This document shows, piece by piece, positions 10,892 through 25,830 of a stretch of DNA of 64,000 nucleotides. The notes below the pieces were generated by a model that saw only the letters and a list, made by a program, of their open reading frames with translations, did not search any database and was not told the origin of the DNA. Numbering within the stretch: the first letter of the stretch is position 1; each line of letters begins with the position of its first letter. This DNA is from the human T2T-CHM13v2.0 reference genome, Homo sapiens: the NCBI RefSeq assembly GCF_009914755.1, contig NC_060936.1; one strand, given 5' to 3'. The position numbers and the translations under genes are program-made.

Positions 10892-12212
10892 CTACAATTA
10901 AAATAATTTAGAAAAAGCAAATCAGATTCTCAGATTGTTTAATTATTGTCTTGTTAGTTAAATAAAAAAGAAACATAAAAACTATTGCATTCTTGAAGTA
11001 AATACTCATTCCTTTCTTTTCATTGAACGAATGTGAGATTGCAGGTGCATGTTCCCAACTTAGCTATCAGAATTATTTTTGTATCTTCGGTTAACCAAAA
11101 GCTTTCTGCTGTCTAAGAATGCAATGGAGTAGCTTTTGAAACTCTCTACTGTAGAATTGGCATTCTTGTAAGACAAGTGGCAGATAAATTAGTTCATTAT
11201 GCAGTAAAATTAAGTACAATAATGAGTAGAGTTGCAAATCATAAAATTGTTAAAATGGTGGCTACAGTTCTAAATTGTAAAGCAGTCTTCAAATAGATAA
11301 CAAATACCATCCGTATTCTTACCTTTACATTAAGAAAGAGGAACTCTGTGGTTAAAAGGCCAGGCCAAAAAAAAAAATAGTACATTTGGATCTTATTTAT
11401 AAGTTTACCAGCTGACTTAGAAACTTAGCCATTTACCTAGTTATATATGTTTCAATTACATAAGATTTTAAAGAAGTCCATGAACACATAAATATAGGAA
11501 AAAATCAAGTTCAAGTGGAGAAAATCATGGCATTGATAATATTTTAAACAGTAATTTTTAAATAATAGAATTTATAGATAGTAATATGGAGATAATTTTA
11601 CCTCACAGCTTACATGGAAATTTATTGGTAGTTAGATAACCTACTTTATTGACAAGATGTTGGGTGAAAATCAAGTGCAGAAGTGAGGCTCATTGGCCTG
11701 GAATTGTTTCCTGAGAATGTGGGAAGCTTCTTTGTATAAGGATCCTGGAATTGAGGAAATGGCTATAGTTTCCATATCTTATTATCCAGAATCATTTCAT
11801 CACTTATTCTTAATCAGTGCCTTTGTCACTCTCCTACAGGGTCCAGAGCCAGTCCTGTCACATATAATAATCAGATAAACAGACAGCCTTTCTTCCAATT
11901 TTCTTTCTTTTTTTTTTCAGATGATAACTCTAATGAAAAGATAGGTTGAATAAAAAGTAAAATAAGAAATAAAATAGGTAATGTCCTAATCTAATATAAT
12001 AGCAAGACATAAATTTTGTTTAAATAAAGAGAGAAAATACCAGAAGTAGTGGATAAAAGGGTTGAAATTAAGAATTTCAGGGAAATGGGATGAAAACTTG
12101 AAGTGAGATGCTGTGTGTGTTTATACATGTACCATATTTATACGTGCCATTATTTGACTTTGAGAATTTTTGTATATATAAAAAATTAAAATTAATTAAA
12201 AAGTAATAGATC

Positions 12213-12581
<369 letters not shown>

Positions 12582-12780
12582 TTAGCTCTCTCTCTTGTAT
12601 TTTTTGTCTTTTATTCTCCTTACTTTTCCTCCACGCTGCTGCCTGAGAGATATTTCTAAATGATCATATTGCTTCTTGGTTTCAATACTTTTATTTCTTC
12701 CCCTCCATCTTCAGGGTAAAATCTGAGCTACAAAGCCTGGAATAAAAGTGGTTTTGTGACCTGATACTTCCTTACTTCAG

Positions 12781-13232
12781 TGTACTGGGGCTAATAACAT
12801 CCCCCCAAAATTCGTGTCCACTCTGAACCTGTGAATGTGACCTTATGTGCAAATAAGATTTTGTTGACATAATCAAGTTAAGATGAGGTCACACAGGATT
12901 AGGATAGGCCCTAAATCCAATGACTGGTGTTTTTACAAGGAGGGGATTTGGGGACACAGAGATATACCGGGAAGAAGGAGGAAGTCAGTCAGAGAATTGC
13001 GTTATACGGAGTTGTACTGCTACCAGCCAAGAATGCCAATGACTCCCAGTAACCATTAGAAGCTAGAAGGGGGGAAGAAGAAATCTCACTAGAGCCTTCA
13101 GAGAGAATATGGCCCTGCTGAAACATTGATTTCAGACTTAAAGCCTCCAAAACAGTGAGTGACTAAATTATGGTTGTTTTAAGCCACCCAGTTGGTGGCA
13201 ATTTGTTATGGCAGGTTTACAAAACTAATGCA
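12781..13232 (+). mobile_element. MLT1 (MLT1B/C-like) MaLR solo LTR within an L2 fragment
   Basis: gaacctgtgaatgtgacctta...gttgttttaagccacccagtt.gtggcaatttgttatggcag...aaactaatgca. Confidence 0.85.
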
Positions 13233-14780
13233 CTCTGACATCATGTCTACCTGGAATGTGTGCTGTCTTCTTTGTCTAGCTCAATCCTACTGACCACCAA
13301 GACCCAGTCAAAAGCTACTTGATTAATTATGTTGACATTAAAGTGCAAACATAAAAAATTAAATTTAATCTATGAATTCAGCAAAAAATAGCCAGACTAA
13401 TTTTTAAGAAATATTATATACATACTCCTAGATTTTAGATATCCTAAATAATGCCTACTATTTAAAAAGCTATTTATTTTCACTTTTGACTTTTTCTACT
13501 TTACATATTTTTTATCTCAATGATGGTAGAGTTTTTATCTTAGAGGATCTTTTCAGAGTGCTTAATATTGTATTCTGTCAGTTTCATTTGCAAACAGAAC
13601 TCTGGGAAAATTTTGTGGTCTGAAGAGAAAAGTCTAAAGCTAACCTGTGTAAATAAACTTCTTACTAAATTTTAACAGCAATAAAGTCAATAAAAGATAT
13701 ACACACATTTCTCAAGAACGTGAGCACTGAAGTAGTACATACTTGCTCCAAATGCTAGTTTGGGACACTTATTAACTCTGTTATAAGGGATCAGTATTGG
13801 TCACCTTTTCCGTGCTTCACCTTCTTCATATATTGTGTGGGTTGAGATTCTAATATGTAGCACATAGCATTGTTGTTAAGAATCAGGAAGTGCTTTGTAT
13901 GGTGTCTCATGCAGAAAACACCCTCGATAAATAATAGCTGTTATTTATTATTAATTACTATTATGTACACAATTAGATGATCTCACTCTATGACGTAGAT
14001 TACATGCAGGAATTTTTGCATTTTGTAATTTTGGTACTGCATTTTTTGATTCAGTGATTCATGTGGGAGATTCAATTTTTAACTGCAGGCTGTGTTGCCA
14101 AAAATAAACTGGATTTACAAGTCAGAGAAATAGCTTTTCCCTCTGTCATTTGAAAAATTCTGAAAGAGGAAGCTTTTTCTAGTCCCTAAAACTTGCTACC
14201 TACAAAAAAAATGAGAAAAAATAAAGATTCAATGATCTCTTGACCTGAAGTTCATGTATAAATTGGATTTTGTTCATATTTAATAAATATAACTCTCTGG
14301 TAATTTAGATCTATTAAAGTGAAAAATATAACTACATGTTTCAGATAACAGAAAAGGCAACACTGAGATGTATTTAATTCATTTAATCACATAGTGAAAT
14401 TCTGAAGAACTGTTAATAGGAAGTTGGAAATACAGGATGGTTTTATTCACAAAACAAAATGTAATTAAAATACTCCACTGAAAATTTTAGCTACTGGCAC
14501 AGCTATGTATTTGATATATCATTATCCATACACAATTAATAATCCTTTTGATTAAAAACTGGAGAGATAATCCACTTGTATGAGATTGTCTATTTTTCTA
14601 ATTTGAGTGCTGTGTCTAGCTTTAATCCAACTCACGTATTCTTCCTAGATCAAAATCAATTTAAGGAGTTTTGTTTGAAGACAAAATGTAAAATGAAATT
14701 AAATTTTGGATAATTTCTTTTTTGACAAAGAAAAATTACAAAAGTATATTCTGAAGCCATCAGTGGAACATATTTATAAA

Positions 14781-14828
14781 TTAGATTGGTGCAAAAGTAA
14801 TTGCAGTTTTTGCTATTCAAAGTAATAG
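14781..14828 (+). mobile_element. MADE1 (Mariner MITE) partial
   Basis: ttagattggtgcaaaagtaattgcagtttttgc resembles the Hsmar1/MADE1 TIR. Confidence 0.75.
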
Positions 14829-15043
14829 TTAATTTTAGATACCTTAGAATGTCCTCACATGCAAAGCAAATTATATTTCTGTTTTTTATTATATGGTTGT
14901 TTTTTCTTATTTCCTAATTTTTACTCAATTATTACAACATACATTTATTACCTGTACAATTTATAAATCATACTATGCTAGCAATGCTATAGGAGTATCA
15001 AGAAAAACGAGCTTATTTTTTTCTACTAAGAAACTTGCAATCC

Positions 15044-15357
15044 GTGGCTTATGCCTATAATTGCAGCCCACTGGGAGGATGAGGTGGGAGGATCCCTTGA
15101 ACCAGGAATTTGAGACCAGCCTAAGCAACATAGTGGGACCCTTTCTCTACAAAAAACACAAAAATTTTCCAGACATCGTGACATGTGCCCTGTAGTCTTA
15201 GCTACTCCAAAGGCTGAGGTGAGAGGATTGCTTGAGCCTAGGAGTTCGAGGTTGCAGTGAGCTGAAAACACTACTGCACTTCAGCCTGGACAACAGAGCA
15301 AGACTCTTTCTCTAAAATAAATAAATAATATTTTAAAAGAATAATTAAGAAAAGGAA
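15044..15357 (+). mobile_element. AluJ element, slightly 5'-truncated
   Basis: Diverged Alu dimer; perfect 16-bp TSD aagaaacttgcaatcc at 15028-15043 and 15358-15373. Confidence 0.9.
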
Positions 15358-15589
15358 AAGAAACTTGCAATCCAGTTGACTCTATGTGACCATAACCCGG
15401 AAAAATATTATTCAGGAAAATAAAAGCTTTAAGTGCTAAGTAATTTGTTTTTTAAGTACGTGATTTTCACATCTTCCTGCTTATTGAAAAAAAAAGATCC
15501 AAATATTGATTATTTAGAGGACAGTTATGTTGTAGCTTCATTTTATGATAGTTGCTATCACTGAATTATTTATTGTGCTGTGTTGATTT

Positions 15590-15830
15590 TGGAAGCAGTT
15601 CATAGTGGAAGAAGCACAGGTTTTGAAGCCATGCTGATCTTATTTCTCTTCCGTGCTGCCGAGGAGGGAACTGCATAGATCTTTGGCAAGTTACTTTACC
15701 TCACTGAACCTTGTGGGTCTCATCTGAGAAAAATGGAGATAATAATTAGCATTGCCCCTTTTGCCAGTTGTGAGGAATTTGAGACTTTCCATGTAATACA
15801 CCCGTAATAGTTTTCACATGTGACTCGTCC
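15590..15830 (+). mobile_element. MIR SINE
   Basis: catagtggaagaagcacaggttttg...ttggcaagttactttacctcactgaacc...catctgagaaaaatggagataataat. Confidence 0.7.
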
Positions 15831-15910
15831 TTAAAAAATCTTTCATAAACCATGGGCCTGGGTCTTGAGACCTGAATATTTCAGAATTCGTTTATTTAGC
15901 TTTCACAGTG

Positions 15911-15911
<1 letters not shown>

Positions 15912-15955
<44 letters not shown>

Positions 15956-15968
15956 CAAAAAAAAAAAA
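15912..15968 (+). repeat. (TG)~20 microsatellite followed by an A-run
   Basis: Directly visible. Confidence 0.95.
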
Positions 15969-16837
15969 GTGATGCATGCAGTAACGCAGGCTGAGTGTAG
16001 GCCATTTCACAGGTTTCATCAACGCCATCAGTTCCTACAGTCTTGCACCTGGCACTTTACACTTTTCCATTGCCAGCCTGGCTCTGAAAACATTTGTGTT
16101 TGCAACCTCCCTTCAAAGGTGGATGATGAGAGATATTCCTTTCTCAGGAAACTCTTCTAAAATATATACATAGAAACGATGGGGCTGATAAGAGTAGTTG
16201 TATTTTAAAATAATTCCACATGAAAGGAGAACGTTTTGCCCATTAGAATGGATTCTTAATAAAAGAACACCTGGCATCATAGGAGTGACATTTTCCATCT
16301 GACTGGGTGTTTTGTTACCTACATTCAGAGGCTATTAGTATCAAGGAGTTATTTTTAAATAGGCAGTTAGAAAATGGGGATTGAATGTTGGGCCTTACCT
16401 GTAAGTGATGCTGGATTAGATAAGCATTAATAGAGCAATGAGTACTAAGATGAAAGGAAATCATCTAAATCTCCAGGGCCAAGAGAATGAAGATGGAGAG
16501 AATGAACAACAGACCAAGAAGTGAGCCCGGTGATTTGATAGCCAGAAATCCTAGTAATTCCTTAACAGTGATACAGAAGAGGGGTTAAACTGCCTTTACT
16601 TTATGAATTCTCTGAGTTTGAATTGTGGGGAGTAGTGAAGAGAAGAGATGCATCCATGAACTATTATATTAATTCATAAAAAGTTGTATCATTATCTGTG
16701 CTGCAGTGGAGCAGTCTACCACTTCATGGTTCATCTATCTCTTTTTTTTGTTTTGTTTTGTTTTGTTTTGCTTTCAGGCATTGTCGTAGTACATATTCTG
16801 ATATCATTCACACCTTCTGATATTTACTTATAAATAT

Positions 16838-18150
16838 CTATTCTTTCAGCAAAGATTTTTTGAGTGCCTATTATACAATCAATAGCTGCGCAGGTTCTCT
16901 GAAGACAGCAGTGAACAAAACAAGAAAAAAACCCTAGCTCTTATAGATGTTTACGAATAGTTGGGGTGGGAGGCATATGATAACCAAGTATATCAGTAAA
17001 ATATACATTGTGTCAGGTGATAGAAAGTCCTGTGGGATAAGCAAACAAAAGAAGAGGGAGAGTGTATATGTGTAAATAACAAGGTCAGGGGACATTTCAC
17101 TGAGAAAACAACATTGAACAAAAGGCAGAGAGAAAAGAAAATGTAACAAAACAGGTCTGGCTTGCTTAAGAGGTCACTCCAGTTGAGCAGAGCATGTTAG
17201 GATGAGACAGTAGATGATCTCCAAGAGGTCAGGAAGGTGGTAGTAGAGAGATTGTACATGGCTTGTAGACCACTGTGAGGGTTTTGATAATAGTGTAAGT
17301 AGAATAGGTAGTCACTGAAAAGTTTTAAGCAGAAAAGTGACATGAACTGACTTATAGGCAGGCTGCTCAAGCTGCTGTGTTGAGCACAGACTGAGGTGAG
17401 CTGAACGCATGAGCAGGAAGACCAGGAAACAGATGACCATTGAAATAATCCAGTGAGAGAAAGTGATTGTGTAGAAAAAGCAAAAGCCATGAAGATTCTG
17501 AGAAGAGGTCCCATTATGAATACTTTGAAATTGTAAATAACAGGATTTACTGCTGAATCAAAGCAAGTGTGTGAGGGGAGAGATCTTAAGGACAGCTTCA
17601 AGATTGTTGGCCTGAGCAACAATAATAATGGATAAGGAAGACTGCAGGAGGGTCTGGTTTGCTGAGAAAATATCAAGAAAAGAGTCTGAAGTGCTAATTT
17701 TGAGATATCCCTTAGTGACTGAGAGAGAAACATCTGGAAATCAGGAAAGAAGGACAAGTTGGAGATATTAATTGGGAATCCTAAGATGATGGTGGCTTTT
17801 GGAGCCATGAGACTGCAGAAATTCACCAGGGAAATAAAGGTAGGTAGAGAAGGGAAGACACTCCAAGGTCGGGGAGGAGAAATAGAAGCAGTAAAGGAGC
17901 CTTCGAAGAGGTAAGCAAGTAAATACGGATGAAAACCAGAAGAGGATAATGTGCTATGAGCCCAGTGAAGAAGTCCTCTGGAAAATGGATCAAGTGCTTC
18001 AGAAGACTGAGAATTGAACCTTGGATTCAGTAACATGGAGGTCAGTAATGACTTTTATGAGAAGAGTTTTGGTGGAACAGTCAGGGAAAAAGTAAGATAC
18101 AATTGGCTTACGAGAGAATGGGAAGAAAAGAATTGGACACATAGAATAGG
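16838..18150 (-). mobile_element. L2 (L2a-like) LINE 3' portion
   Basis: Antisense L2 3' end (ttcagcaaag.ttttttgagtgcctattat) and L2 motifs (ttttaagcagaaaagtgacatga, ccagtgagagaaagtga); ORF 17197..18036 has patches resembling L2 ORF2. Confidence 0.85.
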
Positions 18151-18971
18151 GCCAACTTGATGAACAACTAGCTAGTTATATACAAAAGATACTTTTAAAA
18201 GATAAAAATACATTTAAAAGAATATGTAAAAATGGAAAAGGCAAAAAGTCAGAAAACGCAATTTCCACAAATATAATTTTCTTTTCAGTTGTGACTGAAA
18301 AGGTGAAAAAGTGAAAAGATTCTAAACTTTCACCTTAGCAGGTAAAATGATTTGACAGTGTTACAAATTAAACATCTCCTAGTATTTTTTTTTAGTAACT
18401 TAAAGTACTCTCTTCACTTGATATTAGCCAAGAGACTGAGAAATGACTAAAGTACTCATTTTTTTAAGTAGAAAAAGGGATGTTATGTCTAACAGGAATT
18501 TAATATATAGACAAAGAAAGGTCATGTTATACATATGCGTGTATATGTATATTAACAGAGATACATTCCCCTTCATGACACAAAACCAAAATAAGCAATG
18601 GAACAATTTAAGGCATTTTTGTAGTATTCCTATATGCTAAGAGTATAGCAATTCATGATTCATACACATATCTAGAGTTATTTAAAATTAAAAGCTTACA
18701 TTTAAAAAATTTTATTAACAGCTTCAGAATGTCTTTGTTATATCTGACCCTTGATAGCACAAATTTCTTTCCATATATCATGGGCATTTAAAATGCTCAT
18801 GAAGTAAACTATGTTTGCGCTATTGAACAAGTTTCATAACTAATATAATGCATGCCAAAGTATGGTCTTTTGAGAAGTAAAAAGTGTATGGTCATTACGG
18901 GAAATTATGGAAACAGTATCTCAGAAGCAGCATTCAGAAATCAAAGACTGAAAGTGGCATGAATCACTTAC

Positions 18972-19193
18972 CTCCCTAATGTCCCTTTGATACTTGGTGT
19001 TCATTTCTTCTGTTTTAATGAGATCCTTTCTTGCTGTCTCTGCTTCCTGTTCCACCTCTCCCACTCGGGAAGAAAGGGCTGCTAAACGTTCTTTCATCTG
19101 GGCCATTTCATAGTTTTGCTTTTCAAGCAATTCTTGTAGTTCAACTATTTGACTAGTTTCATCGGTTGAGTCTATAGAACCATTGGACAAACG
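18972..19193 (-). CDS. PPFIA2: PPFIA2 coding exon, 222 nt, RLSNGSIDSTDE...KYQRDIRE (about aa 255-328)
   Basis: Within ORF 18921..19220; acceptor TTTCTATTTCTGCAG, donor GAG|GTAAGT; coiled-coil sequence matching recalled liprin-alpha-2. Confidence 0.97.
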
Positions 19194-19914
19194 CTGCAGA
19201 AATAGAAAAAGAAATGGCACTTAAGAATTTTCATCTTTAATTTAAAATTTAAAATAAACTTAAAGAAATTAAACTGACACTGCTTTCACAGTGAGAAATA
19301 AGAAATTCTGAAAAGAACTAGTTTTGCCGAAAAACTAAGTTTCTAAGGAAACTGTTAATTGACATTAAAATATGAAGGTAGATCAGTAATTTTCAAACAG
19401 TTTAATAGATGTATTTGAAATATGCTATGCTATGCTCTCTCTATATATAAAACATAGCATAAAACATTGATGTATCCTAAACATTTAAGTGTTAGCTACT
19501 ATTTTATAAATTAGATATATAATTTATTATTAATTTACAATGCTATGATATAACACCATACATTATTTTTAATTAATGGGTAAGGACCTATAAGGTGTAC
19601 AATTTTAAAATTTTTCTTCAAGATCCCTTGTAAATTTTTAAGTTTTATTTTCAATGATGCCCAGAAGAATAACTTACCAAATATTTTTTATCAAAGATTA
19701 TTCCTGCTGTGAATCTGACCTAGCTGGAACAAACATATAGTATAGAAAAGTTTTTATTTCTATATTGCTATTAACATAAAATCATGTGTGCACACAACTC
19801 ACAGGAAGGAGGTTGAAAGGGGTTAAATATTTTGAGAGCTGATTTTTCTTCTTTCCGAAAGGACTGCTTAGAAACCAGGGTTTTCTAAAAATATGTCTTC
19901 AGAAGTATGCCCTA

Positions 19915-20942
19915 CAGCTAAAGTCCGAAATATATAAACAACTCAAACAACTCAATAGAAAGAAAATAAATCCCCAGATAAGAAACAGGGAAGAGACCTG
20001 AATAAACATTTCTCAAAAGAAGACATACAGATGACCAGCAGATACATGAAAAAATGCTCAATACCAACAACGCATCAGGAAAATGCAAATTAAAACCACG
20101 ATGAGATATCACTTCATACCTGTTAGAATGGCTATTAGCAAAAAGCCAATAAGTGTTGGTAAAAGAATAAGAATGTGGTAAAATGGAACCCTTGTATGCT
20201 ACTAGTAAAAATGTAAATTAGTATAGCCACTACAGAAAAAGGTATGAGAGTTCCTCAAAAAATCAAAATTATCATATGATCCAGAAATCTCACTTCTGGG
20301 TATATAACCAAAGGAATTGAAATCACTGTGTGGAAGAGATATCTGCACTCCTATGTTCAATGCAAAATTATTTACAATAGCCAAGAAACGGAATCAACCT
20401 AACTAAGTGTCTATCAACGGATGAATGGATAAAAGCGAGTGTGGCATACATACACAATGAAATCCTATTCAGTTTCTAAGAAGAAGGAAATTCTGTCATT
20501 TGTGACAACATGGATGAGCCTGGAGGACATTATTCTAAGTGAAATAAGCCAGGCACAGAAAGACAAATACTTCTTCACCTCGCTTATCTGTAGAATCTAA
20601 AAAGTCAAACTCATAGAAGTTGATAGAAGAATGGTGGTTGCCAGAGGCTGGAAAAAAAGGATAGCTGTGATGAGTTAATGGGAGATGTTAGTCAAAGAGT
20701 AAAATAATTCAATTATACAGTAAGAATAATGGTCTATTACACAGCATGATAGCTACAGTTAATAATAAATAATACATTGCTAGAAGAGTAGATTTTAAGT
20801 GCTCTCACCACAAAAATGATAAGTGAGTGAGTGATGGATATATTAACTTGATTGAATCATTCCACATTGTATACATATAGCAAAACATTACATTGTAACT
20901 CACGAATATGTACATTTATTATTTGTCAATTAAAAAGTAAAA
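19915..20942 (+). mobile_element. L1M (L1MA/MB) ORF2 C-terminus and 3' UTR
   Basis: gacctgaataaacatttctcaaaagaagacatacagatg...atgcaaattaaaaccacgatgagatatcac...acatggatgagcctggaggacattattctaagtgaaataagccaggcacagaaagac. Confidence 0.92.
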
Positions 20943-21748
<806 letters not shown>

Positions 21749-23239
21749 TCATGTTTTCAGCACTTGTTTAAAAACATGAATTTGTTTCAACATGATAGAT
21801 ATATTATAAAACAATTTCAATGTAATGCAAATTTTTTTTAATATGCAATTTTGTTCCTGAGAAGCACTGGCTAAATACAGAAAACCACACCTGGCTGAAA
21901 CAAGCCACATAGGAACACATAAAATGCACACATGCCCATTCCTCAAATATCTAAAACTGACCTCAATGCCCCTTGTATGTCATAAATTTGCCCATCGACA
22001 CCTGTGTTACAACTTTCTGATTTCAGATACCTTTCCTTCTACCACTTCACAAGAAATGAAAGCCTTTAAGTCTTCTAACACTTCTACAAGCAAACTTCAG
22101 CTCTTTCTCGGGGAAAAAAAAATACTTATCACTGTATTTGTGCTATCTCCAACTATTTAACAGGTGTAAAATTGTGCTACCATTTTTATTAGCTTTTTTA
22201 CTTTTATTTTAATGTGACACTGATAAAGTTTTTAGTGTTGTGCCATAAACTTCATTACCCCCTTAAGCCCTGTGATTTTTATTGCACAATATTGCATAGT
22301 TCATGATATTTAGGAATGCAAATGACACATAGAGTAGAATGGACTATAGAAGAATGAGAAGAACAGAAAGCATCATGAAAGCAGTGAGAAAGATAAAACA
22401 CAGAGAAAGGAAATGCAGGCAAATGGCAAGAAGTACTGTAAGTCCAATAACCTAAACAATGTGAGAGTGTGGAGAAATAGCTGAGAGAATCAAAATTAAA
22501 AGAGCAGAGAAAGATAGAGACAATTGCCTTTTTAAAGTTGACTAGAGGAATTTCTCAATGTGAGAAGGTAGAAGTTCTAATAAATCTTATGGTGGTCTAG
22601 TTACTTGTAGACTTTATACAGGATTTGAAGATATTTAAAATTATGGCAAAACCCCTCTAAAATCAGTTATCATACCTCAGTTATCTCAAATTTGGAAATA
22701 ACTGACTGGCAATTGGTTCCACCCATCTTCCCTAATCCAGATCTTGGGTGCTGCCTAATGATTATAAACTGGCCTTTCTGAGTTCAGTGTACAGATAGTT
22801 GTGTACTGTAGAAGTTCACAATTCCCTCCCTCTAAGAGCAATTCCCAGAGAAATGTTCAGCTCTGATCCTTCAACCAGCAACATTTCCAGCAGAAAGGGG
22901 AATACAGACTCTAAAGGGAAATGTGATTAATGAACTGCAGTATGCACTCCAACATTCCCACATATTCGTAGCAGCACTTACCCCTTTTATTAAATAGAAT
23001 TTGGCACCCAAAATACAGGAGTTCTATGTTCAGATATGGAATGATATCTTCAAAGAATTAGGTCTGTAGATTCAACTTGTATCTTAAGAGACAATTTAGT
23101 AACCAACAGGGATTCCTTGGAAATAACGTTTACATACTATAAATAAAAGTACAATGCAATCATGCTAAATAATTAAATTCAAACACACTTCTTAAAAATA
23201 GAAGAAACTATTGTACTCTTGGGGTAAACAAATATAACT

Positions 23240-23620
23240 TGATATGCTTGTACAATGAAAACAAACATATTACTGATCTCTCCAATACAATGAATGAATC
23301 ACAAAAACATTAAGCTGAGAAATAGAAAGTAGATACAAAAGAGTACATAATGTGTGATTCAATTTATTTGAAATTCTAGAAAAGATCATCCTAATCTATC
23401 ATGGCAGGAAAACAGATTGGTTGTTGCCTGGGCTGGGAGTTGGAATGGGGGAGGTGGGGTTGACTTCAAGGGGGCATGAGAGCACTTCTAAGGTTTATGG
23501 GGATGTTCTTTATCTTGATTTGGGTGTTTACGGAGGCACATATATTTATCAAAATTGACAGAATTGTGCACTTAAATTGTATGTTACTTGTACATTAATA
23601 CATTTGCTTAAAAGCCTATA
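23240..23620 (+). mobile_element. L1MD/ME 3' UTR fragment
   Basis: atgaatcacaaaaacattaagctgag...gtgattcaatttatttgaaattctagaaaag...ggttgttgcctggg...ggggcatgagagcactt. Confidence 0.75.
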
Positions 23621-23911
23621 AAAACCTTGAAAAACAAATTTTTATTTTGAAAAATGTTTCATAGAATTGAAAAATCATATTTAAGATTCTAGAGCTCTGA
23701 AGAATTTTGGAGAAACTGAGACTCAGGTAATCACATAGAGGTGATCTGAATTAAAATGCAGAACTTTTATTCCCAGTTCAGTTAATTTACGCTTTACCAC
23801 ATTGCCTCTAATCAGAACATATAAATCAACAGGATAAAATTATATATGACGCATGGTATAGGCATGTACCAAGCAGGTACCAAGCATCCACACACCATTA
23901 TATATATATAT

Positions 23912-24066
23912 ATCACTCACACACCCCAAGCCCCAGACAACCACTAACTACTTTCTGTCACACAGATTCGCTGTTCTGGACTTTTCACAGAAGTGGAGCC
24001 GCTGAACATGTGTTCTTTCGTGACTAGTTTTATGCACTGAGCATGATGTTTTTGAATTTTATTCAA
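23912..24066. repeat. 155-bp local duplicate of 24887-25041, embedded in (TA)n
   Basis: Manual alignment at a constant 975-bp offset, about 8 mismatches. Confidence 0.93.
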
Positions 24067-24721
24067 TATTTTATATATATATATATATATACACACACAC
24101 ATATATGTATTCAGTGGAGTTTATATATATACACATATATTATATATATATAATATTGATAAATATTTATTTGGTGCAAATGAACGATATTTATTTTCTA
24201 ATTTGAAAAATGTTTGTTCCAATTCTGTGCACCTGCGCTCCATTAAAATCTTGTTAATGCACTTAACAAGAAAATTGCATACTTTTAAATGGGCTCAAGG
24301 TAAGAGAAATTTAACTAACTATAGATAGTAATCAGGCAATTAAAATAAAACGCTTTTAAAATGTTAACTTTTTAAATTCCATTAAGCAGTAAATGTTCAC
24401 TGCATAGTCTTTATGCTACTGTGTTGGGATTACCCATGAGGAGATTTTAAAACTCTCAATTTTTATTCCATAGTGTTTATGAAACTTGCATTTGCAGAAA
24501 ATATATAATCTTTTATTTGTTCTCATTACCTTAAATAGATTGTATCGTGAGCTTACTGTGTGTCTTAATAATATCAGAATAAAAAGTCATATTAAAACTG
24601 TGATTTATATCTTAGAAAAAGATCTTGTTTTTGTTCCAAACCATTGTTAACTTGACTTACCTTTAAAATAAATTGTGGCACTTTAATTTAAATGACAAAT
24701 GGCTGTATTAAAAGTCAGTAC

Positions 24722-25830
24722 TTATTTTAAGCAGCTCTACTGGGATATAATTTACACGCCATAAAACGCACCCTTTAAACATAAAAAGTTCAGTGGAGTT
24801 TAGTATACTTACAGAGTTGCGCAACTATCAACATTAGTTAATCTCACATTTTTTCACCCTTAGTGGAAATCTTATAATTATTAGCAATCACTGACACACC
24901 CCCAGCCCCAGACAACCACTAACTACTTTCTGTCATACAGATTCGCAGTTCTGGACTTTTCACAGAAGTGGAGTTGCTGAACATGTGTTCTTTCGTGACT
25001 AGTTTTATGCACTGAGCATGATGTTTTTGAATTTCGTTCAAGTACCGTAGCATGTTATCCACACCTCATTTCTACATTGATGAATAGTATTCCATCATGG
25101 GGATATATTACATGTTATTTATATATTCATCAGTTGAGGGACATTAACGTTGTGTCCACCTTTTGGCTACTATAAATAACTGCCGTGAACTTTTGTGTAT
25201 AAGTCTTTATACGGACAAATGTTTTCAGTTCTCTTGGATCGATTCCTAGAGTAGAATTGATGGACCATATGACAATTCTATCTTTAACATGTTGAGGAAA
25301 TGTTTTCCAAAGTGGTTGCACCATTGTACATTCCTACCAGCAATGTATGAGAGTTCTAATTTTCCACATCTTCACCAAAACTTATTATTGTCTATCTTTT
25401 TATTTCAGCTATTCTAGTGGGTGCAAAGTGATATTTCCTTATGGTTTGGATTTGCATTTCCTAATAACTGATGAAGTTGGACATCTTTTCATGTACTTAT
25501 TGTTCATTTGTATATCTTATTTGGAGAAATGTCTATTTAAATTATTTGCCTTCATATTAATTGATTTACATGTATTTTTATTGTTGATTTACATGAATTT
25601 TTTACATATATTTTGATTCAAGTATTTTATGAAACATATGGCTTGAAAATAGCTTTTCTCTATTCTGTAGACCATCTTTTCACTTTCTTTCATGATAGTA
25701 TTCTTTGAATTTCAAATGTTTTTAATTTTAAGAAGTTCCAGTTTATCATTTTTTTTTCTTTGTGGCTTGGGCTCACGGTGTCATTTCTAAAAAATCAATC
25801 CCCAACAGAAGGTCATAAAGATTTTCAATT
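24722..25830 (-). mobile_element. L1MB-like 3' end
   Basis: Antisense L1: gttttccaaagtggttgcaccattgtacattcctaccagcaatgtatgagagttc...ttggagaaatgtctatttaaatt. Confidence 0.9.

Noticed and set aside
16394-16406. Overlapping opposite-strand donors (cttacctgtaagt); CAG|GTAAGG recursive-like site
   Set aside because: Poor pyrimidine tract and an intron of only 8 kb; recursive splicing is unlikely
23430-23460. G-quadruplex-like G-run cluster
   Set aside because: Ordinary G-rich tract of an L1 3' UTR with one long loop
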